A DNA stretch of 62,186 nucleotides from Sporomusaceae bacterium UBA1887 (GTDB lineage: Bacteria; Bacillota; Negativicutes; Sporomusales; DSM-15969), in the NCBI GenBank assembly GCA_002337925.1, contig DDHB01000003.1, positions 1-62,186 of the forward strand. Reading direction: 5' to 3'. The translations under genes and the position numbers were made by a program. This document shows, one piece after another, positions 29,121-38,143 of the stretch. The stretch's first letter is position 1. Every line of letters starts with the position of its first letter. Under the pieces are notes generated by a model that was given only the letters and a program-made list of their open reading frames with translations, was not told where the DNA came from and made no database searches.

Positions 29121-29768
29121 ATGGAAGCAAAAGAGATTATCGCCCGCCGTGTTGCGGCAGAGCTCAAAGACGGGGATGTTGTGAATCTTGGTATCGGCTT
29201 GCCGACGCTGGTAACTAATTATTTACCGGAAGGAATTACTGTTACCCTCCATTCGGAGAATGGTTTTACCGGCCTTGGGCCAGTGCAGGGCGAGCCTGAT
29301 CCTGATCTTGTTAACGCCGGAGGAAAACCAGCCGGAATTCTTCCGGGCGGTGCCGTATTTGACAGCCTTATGTCCTTTACACTGGTAAGAGGCGGTCATG
29401 TAGATGTAACCGTACTTGGCGGCCTCCAGGCTGACCAGCACGGCAATCTGGCTAATTGGATGGTTCCAGGCAAAATGGTTCCTGGTATGGGCGGAGCAAT
29501 GGATCTGGTAGCAGGTGCCAAAAAAGTAATCGTTGCCATGGAGCATACTGCTAAGGGAGCTCCTAAGATCCTGAAAGAATGCACATTGCCACTGACCGGC
29601 AAAGGCGTAGTTTCCATGATTGTAACGGAACTGGCAGTTTTCCGGATCACCGAAGGAAAGCTGATTTTGGAAGAAATTGCTCCAGGCGTTGATGTTGCAG
29701 CTGTTAAAGCAGGTACCGAAGCAGAATTTATTGTTCACTCTGAAATAACGACGATGAAAGGACTGTAA
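29121..29768 (+). CDS. atoA: Acetate/acetoacetate CoA-transferase beta subunit
   Basis: VNLGIGLPT, SENG (catalytic Glu), GMGGAMDL. Confidence 0.92.
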   Translation: MEAKEIIARRVAAELKDGDVVNLGIGLPTLVTNYLPEGITVTLHSENGFTGLGPVQGEPDPDLVNAGGKPAGILPGGAVFDSLMSFTLVRGGHVDVTVLGGLQADQHGNLANWMVPGKMVPGMGGAMDLVAGAKKVIVAMEHTAKGAPKILKECTLPLTGKGVVSMIVTELAVFRITEGKLILEEIAPGVDVAAVKAGTEAEFIVHSEITTMKGL

Positions 29769-29772
29769 TACG

Positions 29773-31095
29773 ATGATACAAGCAATATCCCGAGCCCTTA
29801 CTACTTTTGTAGGCCGGTTTTTACCTGATCCGCTGGTTTTTGCTATCCTATTGATTATTTTGACATTCATTTTGGGGATCACGCTCACACCAAGCAGCCC
29901 CATGGATATGGTTAATATGTTTGGTGACGGTTTCTGGAATCTTCTGGCATTCTCTATGCAGATGGCGCTCGTATTAGTTACCGGTCATGCTTTGGCAAGT
30001 TCGCCCTTGCTGCGCAGGGGAATGAGCAGCCTGGCTTCGCTGGCAAAAACGCCGGCTCAGGGTGTTATGCTCGTTACTTTTATGTCGGCGATTTGCTGCA
30101 TTATCAACTGGGGCTTTGGTTTGGTCGTAGGTGCGCTGTTTGCCCGCGAAGTGGCCCGGCGGGTGCCTAAATCAGACTATCGTTTGCTGATTGCCAGTGC
30201 TTATATCGGCTTCCTTACCTGGCACGGCGGTTTGTCCGGCTCTGTTCCGTTAGTAGCTGCCACGAAAGGAAATCCGATAGAAAAATTGGCAGGCATTATT
30301 CCCTTATCCCAAACTATTTTCACTCCTTACAATATCTTTATTACAGTTGCGCTTATTGTAACGCTGCCATTCTTGTGCCGTATGATGATGCCTAAAGAAA
30401 GTGATGTAATTGCAGTTGATCCGGCACTTCTTGCAGAAGAACCTTCTACTGCCAAAAAACTTGGACCTAATGCTACTTTTGCGGAAAAATTAGAAGAAAG
30501 TCCGCTTCTGTCCTTGGTAATCGGCGTTTTCGGTACGATCTATCTGATTATGTATTTTATGAAAAACGGCTTTAATATGAACATCAATACCGTTAACCTT
30601 ATATTCTTTACTGCCGGTATCGTATTGCACAAAACACCGATGTCGTACATGCGGGCCGTAACGAATGCTGCTCGTGGAACTGCCGGGATTCTTGTTCAAT
30701 TCCCGTTATATGCGGCTATTCAGGTTATGATGGAACATTCCGGGCTGGGCGGCATTATTACAAACTGGTTTGTTAATATTGCCACAAAAGAAACATTCCC
30801 TGTTTTGGCCTTCTTTAGCTCCGGGATCATTAATTTTGCAGTTCCTTCCGGCGGTGGTCACTGGGTTGTACAAGGTCCGTTTGTCATTCCGGCCGCTCAG
30901 GCTCTGGGTGCTGATTTAGGAAAAGCTGCAATGGCAATTGCTTACGGAGAAGCGTGGATGAATATGGCGCAGCCTTTCTGGGCGCTGCCGGCGCTGGCTA
31001 TTGCAGGTCTTGGTGTTCGCGATATCATGGGGTATTGTGTAACCTCCCTGATTTGGTCTGGTATTATCTTCATTGTTGGTCTGCACTTCTTCTAA
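29773..31095 (+). CDS. atoE: Short-chain fatty acid transporter
   Basis: F.MQMAL...TG, NWGFGL, VPSGGG.W.VQGP, QPFWALP. Confidence 0.92.
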   Translation: MIQAISRALTTFVGRFLPDPLVFAILLIILTFILGITLTPSSPMDMVNMFGDGFWNLLAFSMQMALVLVTGHALASSPLLRRGMSSLASLAKTPAQGVMLVTFMSAICCIINWGFGLVVGALFAREVARRVPKSDYRLLIASAYIGFLTWHGGLSGSVPLVAATKGNPIEKLAGIIPLSQTIFTPYNIFITVALIVTLPFLCRMMMPKESDVIAVDPALLAEEPSTAKKLGPNATFAEKLEESPLLSLVIGVFGTIYLIMYFMKNGFNMNINTVNLIFFTAGIVLHKTPMSYMRAVTNAARGTAGILVQFPLYAAIQVMMEHSGLGGIITNWFVNIATKETFPVLAFFSSGIINFAVPSGGGHWVVQGPFVIPAAQALGADLGKAAMAIAYGEAWMNMAQPFWALPALAIAGLGVRDIMGYCVTSLIWSGIIFIVGLHFF

Positions 31096-31111
31096 ATAAA
31101 CAAATCACGAT

Positions 31112-31159
31112 AAGCTGCTTACTTTTGCCATATGGTAAAAGTAAGCAGCTTTATTTTTT
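31112..31159 (+). terminator. Intrinsic terminator
   Basis: AAGCTGCTTACTTTTGCCA/TGGTAAAAGTAAGCAGCTT followed by a T tract. Confidence 0.85.
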
Positions 31160-31269
31160 AAACATCTAAAAAAAACACAAAAAATTCAAAAAAAACAGTA
31201 TTACACTATAAAGAGGCAAGCAGGTACAATAGTAAAGAAAAGAATATTCAAACAAAGGGGGTAAGATAA

Positions 31270-31770
31270 GTGCAAATGCTGCGCAAATTTGTATTAGCTG
31301 TGGATAATTGGCTGGAAACATTTGCTTTGTTAGCGCTGCTTTCAATGATTTTCATTGTTACTATGCAGGTCGTGACGCGGAAATTATTTAATTTTGTTTT
31401 CTTTTGGTCTGAAGAAGTTACGCTGCTGTTGTTAGTGTGGTTTGCTTTTATGGGAATGGCGATCGGCTTCAGAGAAGGTCTTCATTTGGCAATGGACACA
31501 ATTGACAGTTATTTACCAGTTAAGCTTGTCACTATATTGGATCGTTTTATTGAAATTTGTACGTTTGCTTTTGGACTTTATTTAATTATTCAAGGTTTTG
31601 ATTTTACCGTTCTTATGAGTGAATCAACATTGCCGGCAACAAAATTGCCTTCTAGCGTAGTCTACGCCGTAATGCCCGTAAGCGGGATCATGGTCTGTGC
31701 CTATGCAGCACTGCAGTTTTTTGGTGTTGATACCCGTCGGCATCAGGGACTGGAAGAGGGGGCTGAATAA
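31270..31770 (+). CDS. TRAP transporter small permease (DctQ family)
   Basis: QVVTR, WSEE, HL..D; four TM helices. Confidence 0.9.
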   Translation: MQMLRKFVLAVDNWLETFALLALLSMIFIVTMQVVTRKLFNFVFFWSEEVTLLLLVWFAFMGMAIGFREGLHLAMDTIDSYLPVKLVTILDRFIEICTFAFGLYLIIQGFDFTVLMSESTLPATKLPSSVVYAVMPVSGIMVCAYAALQFFGVDTRRHQGLEEGAE

Positions 31771-33062
31771 TGGAAGATCAAGCAATAGCATCAATTTTAT
31801 TGGGAGTAAGCTTCTTAGTACTGATCCTGCTCCGTTTTCCAATCGCTCTTACACTGGTCGGATCGACAATGCTTACCGTTATGTATATGGATATTCCTCT
31901 GCCGGTAGTCGGGCAGCAAATGATTCAAGGAATTAGCAGTTATTCGCTTCTGGCGATTCCGTTCTTTATTTTGACCGGACAAATAATGGGTGAAGGCGGT
32001 CTGGCCTTGCGGCTGGTAAACATGGCCAATCTGTTGGTTGGACGTGTGCGGGGCGGCTTGGCGCTTGTCAATAGTGTAGCCTGTATGTTTTTTGGTAATA
32101 TCTCAGGTTCGGCAGTAGCAGATGCATCTTCAGTTGGTTCGGTTATGATTCCCATGATGCAAAAAAAAGGTTACGATGCTGACTATTCTGTGGGTGTAAC
32201 AATTTCGTCGGCTATTCAGGGCGTAGTTGTACCTCCCAGTCATAATTTGGTGCTTTACTCCATTGCCGCAGGCGGTATTTCAATAAAAGCATTATTTTTA
32301 GCAGGTATCGTACCTGGTTTTGTCCTATTAACTTCTCTAATGGTTACTGGCTATGTTATTGCGGTAAAGCGGGGGTATCAAAAAAGTGATCCCGTTCCTC
32401 GCAGTGAGATCCCGGGCATTCTGACGCATGGTATCCTTTCTATGACACCAGCTGTCATTATTCTAGGCGGTATTATAACCGGCTGGTTCACGGCAACTGA
32501 ATCCGGAGCGATGGCTGCCACTTATGCATTCGTGCTTGCCTTCCTGGGATACCGGGAAGTACCGATTACGCGCATGTGGACTGTGCTTAAGCGGACGTTT
32601 CGAATTGTACTGATGGTATTTTTCCTGATTGCGGCTTCCAATGCTTTTGGCTGGATGCTGGCTTATCTGAAAATACCAGATTTAATTACACAATTATTTT
32701 TGGAAGTATCAAACAACCCGTTTGTGATTTTACTGCTCATAAACATCCTGTTGCTCATTTTAGGCGGTCCAATGGATATGGCTCCGATGATTCTCATTAT
32801 GACGCCGATATTATTACCGGTAGCAGTTAAATTGGGGATGGACCCTGTTCACTTTGGCATCCTGCTAATCTTGAATTCAGGGATGGGTTTATTGACACCG
32901 CCGGTTGGGACGGTATTGTTTGTTGGGTGTGCAATTGGTAAAATATCGGTACACGCTGGCACCAAGGCAATGTTACCTTTCTTTTATGCCATGATAGTTG
33001 TACTGATGCTCATAACCTATATTCCGCAGATTTCAATGTGGCTGCCCACAATGTTTAAATAA
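31770..33062 (+). CDS. TRAP transporter large permease (DctM family)
   Basis: LLAIPFFIL, ISGSAVAD, PPS, TPPVG. Confidence 0.92.
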   Translation: MEDQAIASILLGVSFLVLILLRFPIALTLVGSTMLTVMYMDIPLPVVGQQMIQGISSYSLLAIPFFILTGQIMGEGGLALRLVNMANLLVGRVRGGLALVNSVACMFFGNISGSAVADASSVGSVMIPMMQKKGYDADYSVGVTISSAIQGVVVPPSHNLVLYSIAAGGISIKALFLAGIVPGFVLLTSLMVTGYVIAVKRGYQKSDPVPRSEIPGILTHGILSMTPAVIILGGIITGWFTATESGAMAATYAFVLAFLGYREVPITRMWTVLKRTFRIVLMVFFLIAASNAFGWMLAYLKIPDLITQLFLEVSNNPFVILLLINILLLILGGPMDMAPMILIMTPILLPVAVKLGMDPVHFGILLILNSGMGLLTPPVGTVLFVGCAIGKISVHAGTKAMLPFFYAMIVVLMLITYIPQISMWLPTMFK

Positions 33063-33102
33063 CTAAGGGGATATTCCCAAAAAATTTTAGGGGGATGAAT
33101 AT

Positions 33103-34122
33103 ATGAGATCTAAAAAACTAGCAACTGCTGTCCTGTCCTTATTGGTTGCCGGATCACTGCTGTTCGCCGGCTGTGGTCAAAAACAAGCTGCGCCTGCTGG
33201 TGAGAAAAAAGAAGGGGCTAAATTTACGCTTCGGTTGGCAGAAACTCATCCACCAGATTACCCTACCACTTTAGGTGATAAGAAATTTGCTGAACTAGTT
33301 GGTGAACGGAGTAACGGCCGTATTAAAGTTGAAGTATTTCCGTCTGCTCAGCTAGGAGAAGAAAAAGCAGTTATCGAGCAAGTTCAACTGGGTGCTATTG
33401 AAATGACCCGCGTAAGCTCTGCTCCGCTCGCTGAGTTTAATAAACAATATGGCGCAATGTCATTGCCTTATATTTTTGATAACGATGAACACCTGTGGAA
33501 ATTCCTTGAAGGCCCAATGGGCGTTCAAATGTTGGACGGCTTGGAAAAATCCAAGATGAAAGGCCTGGCTTATTATGATTCCGGTGCTCGCAGCTTCTAT
33601 GGCCGTACACCGTTAAAAAGCCTGAATGATATTAAAGGCCTCAAAATTCGCGTTCAACAGAACAAAATCAACATGGATATGATGTCTGCTTTAGGTGCCA
33701 GCGCAACTCCTATGGGATATGGCGAAGTATTTAGCGCGCTGCAGACAGGCGTTATTGATGCCGCAGAAAACAATTATCCTAGCTACTACTCCTCCAATCA
33801 TTATCAATCGGCCAAGAATTTCATTCTTGATAAACATCAACGGGTTCCTGAAGTATTGCTGATCAGCAAGATTCATTGGGATAAAATGTCCGACGATGAC
33901 AAGAAACTAATTAAGCAAGCCGCTCTTGATTCTGTAAAATTCCAACGGGACGCATGGGCTAAATACGAAAAAGAATCAGAAGCCAAACTGCGTGAAGCTG
34001 GTGTAACCATTACGGAAGTATCTGATGTCAAACCTTGGCAGGATGCTGTAAAACCGGTTATTGACAAATATCAGGCTGACTTCAAAGACGTATTGGATGC
34101 AATTGCTCAAGCACGTAAATAA
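33103..34122 (+). CDS. TRAP transporter substrate-binding lipoprotein (DctP family)
   Basis: Lipobox FAGC, GLKIRVQ, ALQTGVID.AENN. Confidence 0.92.
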   Translation: MRSKKLATAVLSLLVAGSLLFAGCGQKQAAPAGEKKEGAKFTLRLAETHPPDYPTTLGDKKFAELVGERSNGRIKVEVFPSAQLGEEKAVIEQVQLGAIEMTRVSSAPLAEFNKQYGAMSLPYIFDNDEHLWKFLEGPMGVQMLDGLEKSKMKGLAYYDSGARSFYGRTPLKSLNDIKGLKIRVQQNKINMDMMSALGASATPMGYGEVFSALQTGVIDAAENNYPSYYSSNHYQSAKNFILDKHQRVPEVLLISKIHWDKMSDDDKKLIKQAALDSVKFQRDAWAKYEKESEAKLREAGVTITEVSDVKPWQDAVKPVIDKYQADFKDVLDAIAQARK

Positions 34123-34173
34123 TAGTAGTGTTATTCCCGGAACCTAAAGTGCAGTCCGGAATGTAATCCTCTC

Positions 34174-34209
34174 AACTCCAGCGAGGCTGCCTGCCTCGCT
34201 GGAGTTTTT
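34174..34209 (+). terminator. Intrinsic terminator
   Basis: AACTCCAGCGAGGC/GCCTCGCTGGAGTT followed by T residues. Confidence 0.85.
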
Positions 34210-34281
34210 AAAATCTTCAGAGGTATCCGACAGTCATTTGCCGAAATTGATAAGTAAATTTTAAATATTAGGTGAAGGTAT

Positions 34282-36096
34282 ATGCGTCTATTGCGGTTTT
34301 GGCTGTCTGACACGCCTCTGACATCGAAGTTGTTTATCTTTTCTGCATTGCTTATCATTGTGCCGTTGCTGATTGTAGGCCTGATATCCTACCACCAGTC
34401 TTCGGTTGAACTGGAAGAAGAGGCTCGCCAGTATAGTTGGCAGGTCATGGAGCAGATAGAATCACATGTGGAGTATTATGTACGTGATTTGGAGATTACT
34501 TCTTTAAAAATTCTTAATCATCCTGATTTGGCTGAACTAGTTAAGGCCGAACCCAAAGTCGGGGAGAAGTATGAAACCATTCGGAAACAGGTGGAAGTTA
34601 TGCTGAGAAATGCCGCCTATTCCGGTTCGGAAATTTCAAATATTACAGTTATCCTCGATGGAGCAGAGATTGTCGACAGCGATGGACATATTCCGGAAGG
34701 GGCCGCAATTAATGTAACTGGCGAAAGATGGTTTTCCGTCATTCCCTATAACGGCGGATCTTTGCTCTTTACTCGTATTCTGCAGCATGAAGTGAGGCAT
34801 GAGCCGGTAATGACCCTGGCGCGGCGAATTTATAGTCCCCAGACGCTGGAGCCGGTAGGAATATTGTTAGTGGATGTTAATTACCGCCGTATTAAGGACA
34901 TTGCTGATAAGGTCAGCGTTACCCGCAATGGATATTTCTATATTCTGGACAGCGAAGGCCATTATGTGTATCATCCGGATGAGAAAAAGTTAGGTAAAGT
35001 ACTGGAAAAATTAGACTTCTCTCTGTTTACTCAGGCAGACGAAGGCACTTCACTGCGGGTCAATAAGGGGGAGGACTTTCTAACCTTTAGTCATTCTGCT
35101 AATTTGGGCTGGCGTTTTGTTACATCGATTCCCTATGCTGAACTGAGCCGTCCGGCAGGTCGTATCGGTGAGACGGTATTGCTGACTACTCTCCTTACGT
35201 TGGCAGCCGCTTATATTTTAGGCGTTTTTTTTGCGGCTTCGCTCATCCGGCCTATCCGGCGCCTACAGCATTTTATGCGGCAGGTCGAAGTGGGGGATTT
35301 TAGTGCTCGCGTACTTGTTGAGACTGGCGATGAATTAGGGCAGCTTTCAAAAGGCTTCAATAAAATGGTGGAAAAACTGGCAAGTCTGGTGGAAGAGGTT
35401 TATTTTTCTAAGCTGCGTGAAACAGAAGGGGCCCTCAGAAGTAAAGAAATGGAATTAAAAGTTTTACAATCCCAGATTAATCCTCATTTTCTTTATAATT
35501 CACTGGAAACGATCCGGGGAATGGCCCTTGATAAAGATGCAGAAGATATTGCCACTATGTCGGCAGCGTTAGGGCAATTACTGCGCTACAATCTACGCAG
35601 TAAAGTGCCGGTAGTGCCGCTGCGCGATGAAATTCGCGTTTGCCAGGTGTACCTGCAAATACAGCAGTTCCGGTTTGAGGGACAATTTACGTATCGGTTT
35701 TGTATCCCTAACTGGGCCTGGGATTTGTCCATGATCAAATTTTCGCTGCAGCCTCTAATTGAAAATTGTTTTACCCACGGTATGGGCATGGCGGGCCAGC
35801 CGCTGGAAATTGTCATTACTGCTTGTCAGCGGGATGAGCAGTCTTTTGTTATCGAAGTTAGTGACAATGGTCCGGGAATTGATCAGGCTACTCTGGAACG
35901 TATTCGTGCTGATTTGCAGCAAAAAGATATTAGTCAAGGCGGGCACAGTATCGGACTGGTTAATGTGCATCGTCGAATCAGCCGTATATACGAAGCTGAT
36001 TACGGTTTATCTGTGGAAAGCACTCTTGGCGAAGGAACGGTAGTAACACTGAGAATGCCGCTGTCAGTTGCAATACAGAAAGGGGATGCAGTATGA
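34282..36096 (+). CDS. YesM/LytS-type Cache-HAMP sensor histidine kinase
   Basis: LQSQINPHFLYNSLE, LQPLIEN, IGL.NV..R. Confidence 0.92.
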   Translation: MRLLRFWLSDTPLTSKLFIFSALLIIVPLLIVGLISYHQSSVELEEEARQYSWQVMEQIESHVEYYVRDLEITSLKILNHPDLAELVKAEPKVGEKYETIRKQVEVMLRNAAYSGSEISNITVILDGAEIVDSDGHIPEGAAINVTGERWFSVIPYNGGSLLFTRILQHEVRHEPVMTLARRIYSPQTLEPVGILLVDVNYRRIKDIADKVSVTRNGYFYILDSEGHYVYHPDEKKLGKVLEKLDFSLFTQADEGTSLRVNKGEDFLTFSHSANLGWRFVTSIPYAELSRPAGRIGETVLLTTLLTLAAAYILGVFFAASLIRPIRRLQHFMRQVEVGDFSARVLVETGDELGQLSKGFNKMVEKLASLVEEVYFSKLRETEGALRSKEMELKVLQSQINPHFLYNSLETIRGMALDKDAEDIATMSAALGQLLRYNLRSKVPVVPLRDEIRVCQVYLQIQQFRFEGQFTYRFCIPNWAWDLSMIKFSLQPLIENCFTHGMGMAGQPLEIVITACQRDEQSFVIEVSDNGPGIDQATLERIRADLQQKDISQGGHSIGLVNVHRRISRIYEADYGLSVESTLGEGTVVTLRMPLSVAIQKGDAV

Positions 36097-36842
36097 ACAG
36101 CATGCTGTTAGTAGATGATGAACGGTGGGTGCGAACCGCATTGCGCCACACGATTGAAAAATTGAATAAGCCATTTCAAATTCAGCATGAATGTTCAAAT
36201 GGCCTTGAGGCGCTTGATTGGCTGCAAAATAATAAGGTTGATCTGGTGATTAGCGATATACGGATGCCGGTGATGGATGGTCTTGCTTTTGTTGAGCAGC
36301 TTCGTCAGCAGCAGGAGAAACAAGATGTCATTTTGATTACCGTTCATGACGATTTTCAATATGTTCAAAAGGCATTACGCAGTGGCGTATTTGATTATCT
36401 GGTGAAGCCGGTTGATCCGGCTGAATTGGATATTTGCCTGGAAAAGTGGCTCCGGTTATGTCAGAGCCGCCAAGTGGAAGCAGCAGTGGAAAAACTACCG
36501 GATGCGAACACTTTATCAACTATCCAGCAAGTGCTGCGCTATATAACTAAGACTCCTCCCGGTGATGTAACGCTAGCCGACGCGGCAAAATGCGTTCATA
36601 TGAACCCCTCTTACCTTAGTCAGCTATTTAAACAGGAAATGCATATTAACTTTATTGATTATGTAAGCAGCTTGCGAATTAAAGAAGCCAAGCTATTATT
36701 AACAAGTACAACACTGCGTATATCAGAAATTGCCTGTCGCTTGGGCTATAGTGATATTGCCTATTTCAGCAATATGTTTCGTAAGTTGACTGGTGTGAGT
36801 CCCTCTGAATACAGAAAAAGCTTAGAAAAAAATATTCAGTAA
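36093..36842 (+). CDS. YesN-type REC-AraC response regulator
   Basis: VDDE, DIRMP.MDG, YLS.LFK...YFS..F.K..G.SP..YR. Confidence 0.92.
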   Translation: MNSMLLVDDERWVRTALRHTIEKLNKPFQIQHECSNGLEALDWLQNNKVDLVISDIRMPVMDGLAFVEQLRQQQEKQDVILITVHDDFQYVQKALRSGVFDYLVKPVDPAELDICLEKWLRLCQSRQVEAAVEKLPDANTLSTIQQVLRYITKTPPGDVTLADAAKCVHMNPSYLSQLFKQEMHINFIDYVSSLRIKEAKLLLTSTTLRISEIACRLGYSDIAYFSNMFRKLTGVSPSEYRKSLEKNIQ

Positions 36843-36857
36843 AGGCTGGTAGCAAGT

Positions 36858-37979
36858 ATGGAAAAGATCCGGTTTGCACTTGTTGGCAGCGGTGCAATTG
36901 CTCCGACCCATGCACAAGTGCTGAGTCGAATTGAGACTGCCGAATTGGCAGCTGTCTATTCCCGGTCATGCGCTAAAGGGAGAGCGCTTGCAGAGCAATT
37001 TGGCAGCAGGTTTTTTGCAGATTACCAGGAACTGCTGGAAAGCAGCATAGATGCTGTTGCGATTTGTACGCCCAGCGGTGTTCATGCCGATTTTGCTGTT
37101 CAGGCAGCACGGGCGGGTAAACATGTATTGATTGAAAAACCCCTGGAGATTTCTCTGGAGAGAGCAGATGCCATTATAAAGGCCTGTGAGCAGTACGGGG
37201 TGCAGCTTGGTGTTATCTTTCAGCGCCGGTTCAGTCCGGGAGTGGTCCGGTTGAAAGAAATGGTTACTCAGGGAAAACTAGGAAAACTGAGTTTCGCGGG
37301 GTGTTATGCTAAGCTGTATCGCAGTCAGGAATATTACGATAGTGGCGCGTGGCGCGGTACGTGGCAGCTGGATGGCGGGGGAGTGCTGATGAATCAAGGG
37401 ATTCACTATGTGGATTTGTTACAATACCTGGCCGGACCAGTGACCGAAGTAACGGCTCATTGTGCTACGGCGGGACATGAACGGATAGAGGTTGAAGATA
37501 CGGCAGCCGCGACAGTTGCGTTTGCCAATGGTGCAATCGGGGTTATTGAGGCAACAACAAATGCTTATCCAGGCCTAGCTTCAAAAATTGAACTGTATGG
37601 CAGTGAAGGTACTGCTATTATTGAAAATGATGATTTAGTCTACTACTGCTTAAAGTCGGGTGAGCAATACAGTGCAAGTGCTGCTGCCGAACAAGTAGGT
37701 GTGAGCAGCCCGCAGGTGACGGACGAGAATCATGAACAGCAGTTCCGGCAATTTATTACTGCTATTCAGAATAAGGAGTCGGTCAAAGTAAGTGGGACTG
37801 AGGGTCGAAAGTCACTGGAAATCATCCTCGCCCTTTATAAGTCCGCTTTTCTGGGAATGACGGTGACTCTGCCGCTTAGGGACAGCTTATTCTTAAAAGA
37901 GCTGGCTGATCAATCGACGATACAAAAAGGATTTCCCGTAAATTTGAAGATCAGCGCCTTATCGGCTTTAAAACAGTAG
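36858..37979 (+). CDS. Gfo/Idh/MocA oxidoreductase
   Basis: GSGAIA, EKP, WRGTW..DGGG..MNQGIH..DL; the last codons lie within a repeat element. Confidence 0.9.
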   Translation: MEKIRFALVGSGAIAPTHAQVLSRIETAELAAVYSRSCAKGRALAEQFGSRFFADYQELLESSIDAVAICTPSGVHADFAVQAARAGKHVLIEKPLEISLERADAIIKACEQYGVQLGVIFQRRFSPGVVRLKEMVTQGKLGKLSFAGCYAKLYRSQEYYDSGAWRGTWQLDGGGVLMNQGIHYVDLLQYLAGPVTEVTAHCATAGHERIEVEDTAAATVAFANGAIGVIEATTNAYPGLASKIELYGSEGTAIIENDDLVYYCLKSGEQYSASAAAEQVGVSSPQVTDENHEQQFRQFITAIQNKESVKVSGTEGRKSLEIILALYKSAFLGMTVTLPLRDSLFLKELADQSTIQKGFPVNLKISALSALKQ

Positions 37980-38112
37980 GATGATGGCGAGGCTATTTTT
38001 CGCAAACCAAGGCGAAGGAGGGAGGCATACCGGATGTATGCTGACCGACGACAACGAAGGGTTGCGGAAAATAGACCGTCAGTATTCACTGGATTAGGGC
38101 TGACAAGGTGCT
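37953..38112 (+). mobile_element. About 160-nt long-hairpin MITE/REP-like element
   Basis: Nested stems AGCGCCTTATCGGCTTTAA/TTAGGGCTGACAAGGTGCT, CTATTTTTCGCAAACC/GGGTTGCGGAAAATAG, GGCATAC/GTATGCT; related copy at 18918. Confidence 0.65.
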
Positions 38113-38143
38113 CGCAGTCAGTAAAATAGGGGAGGAAAATAAT

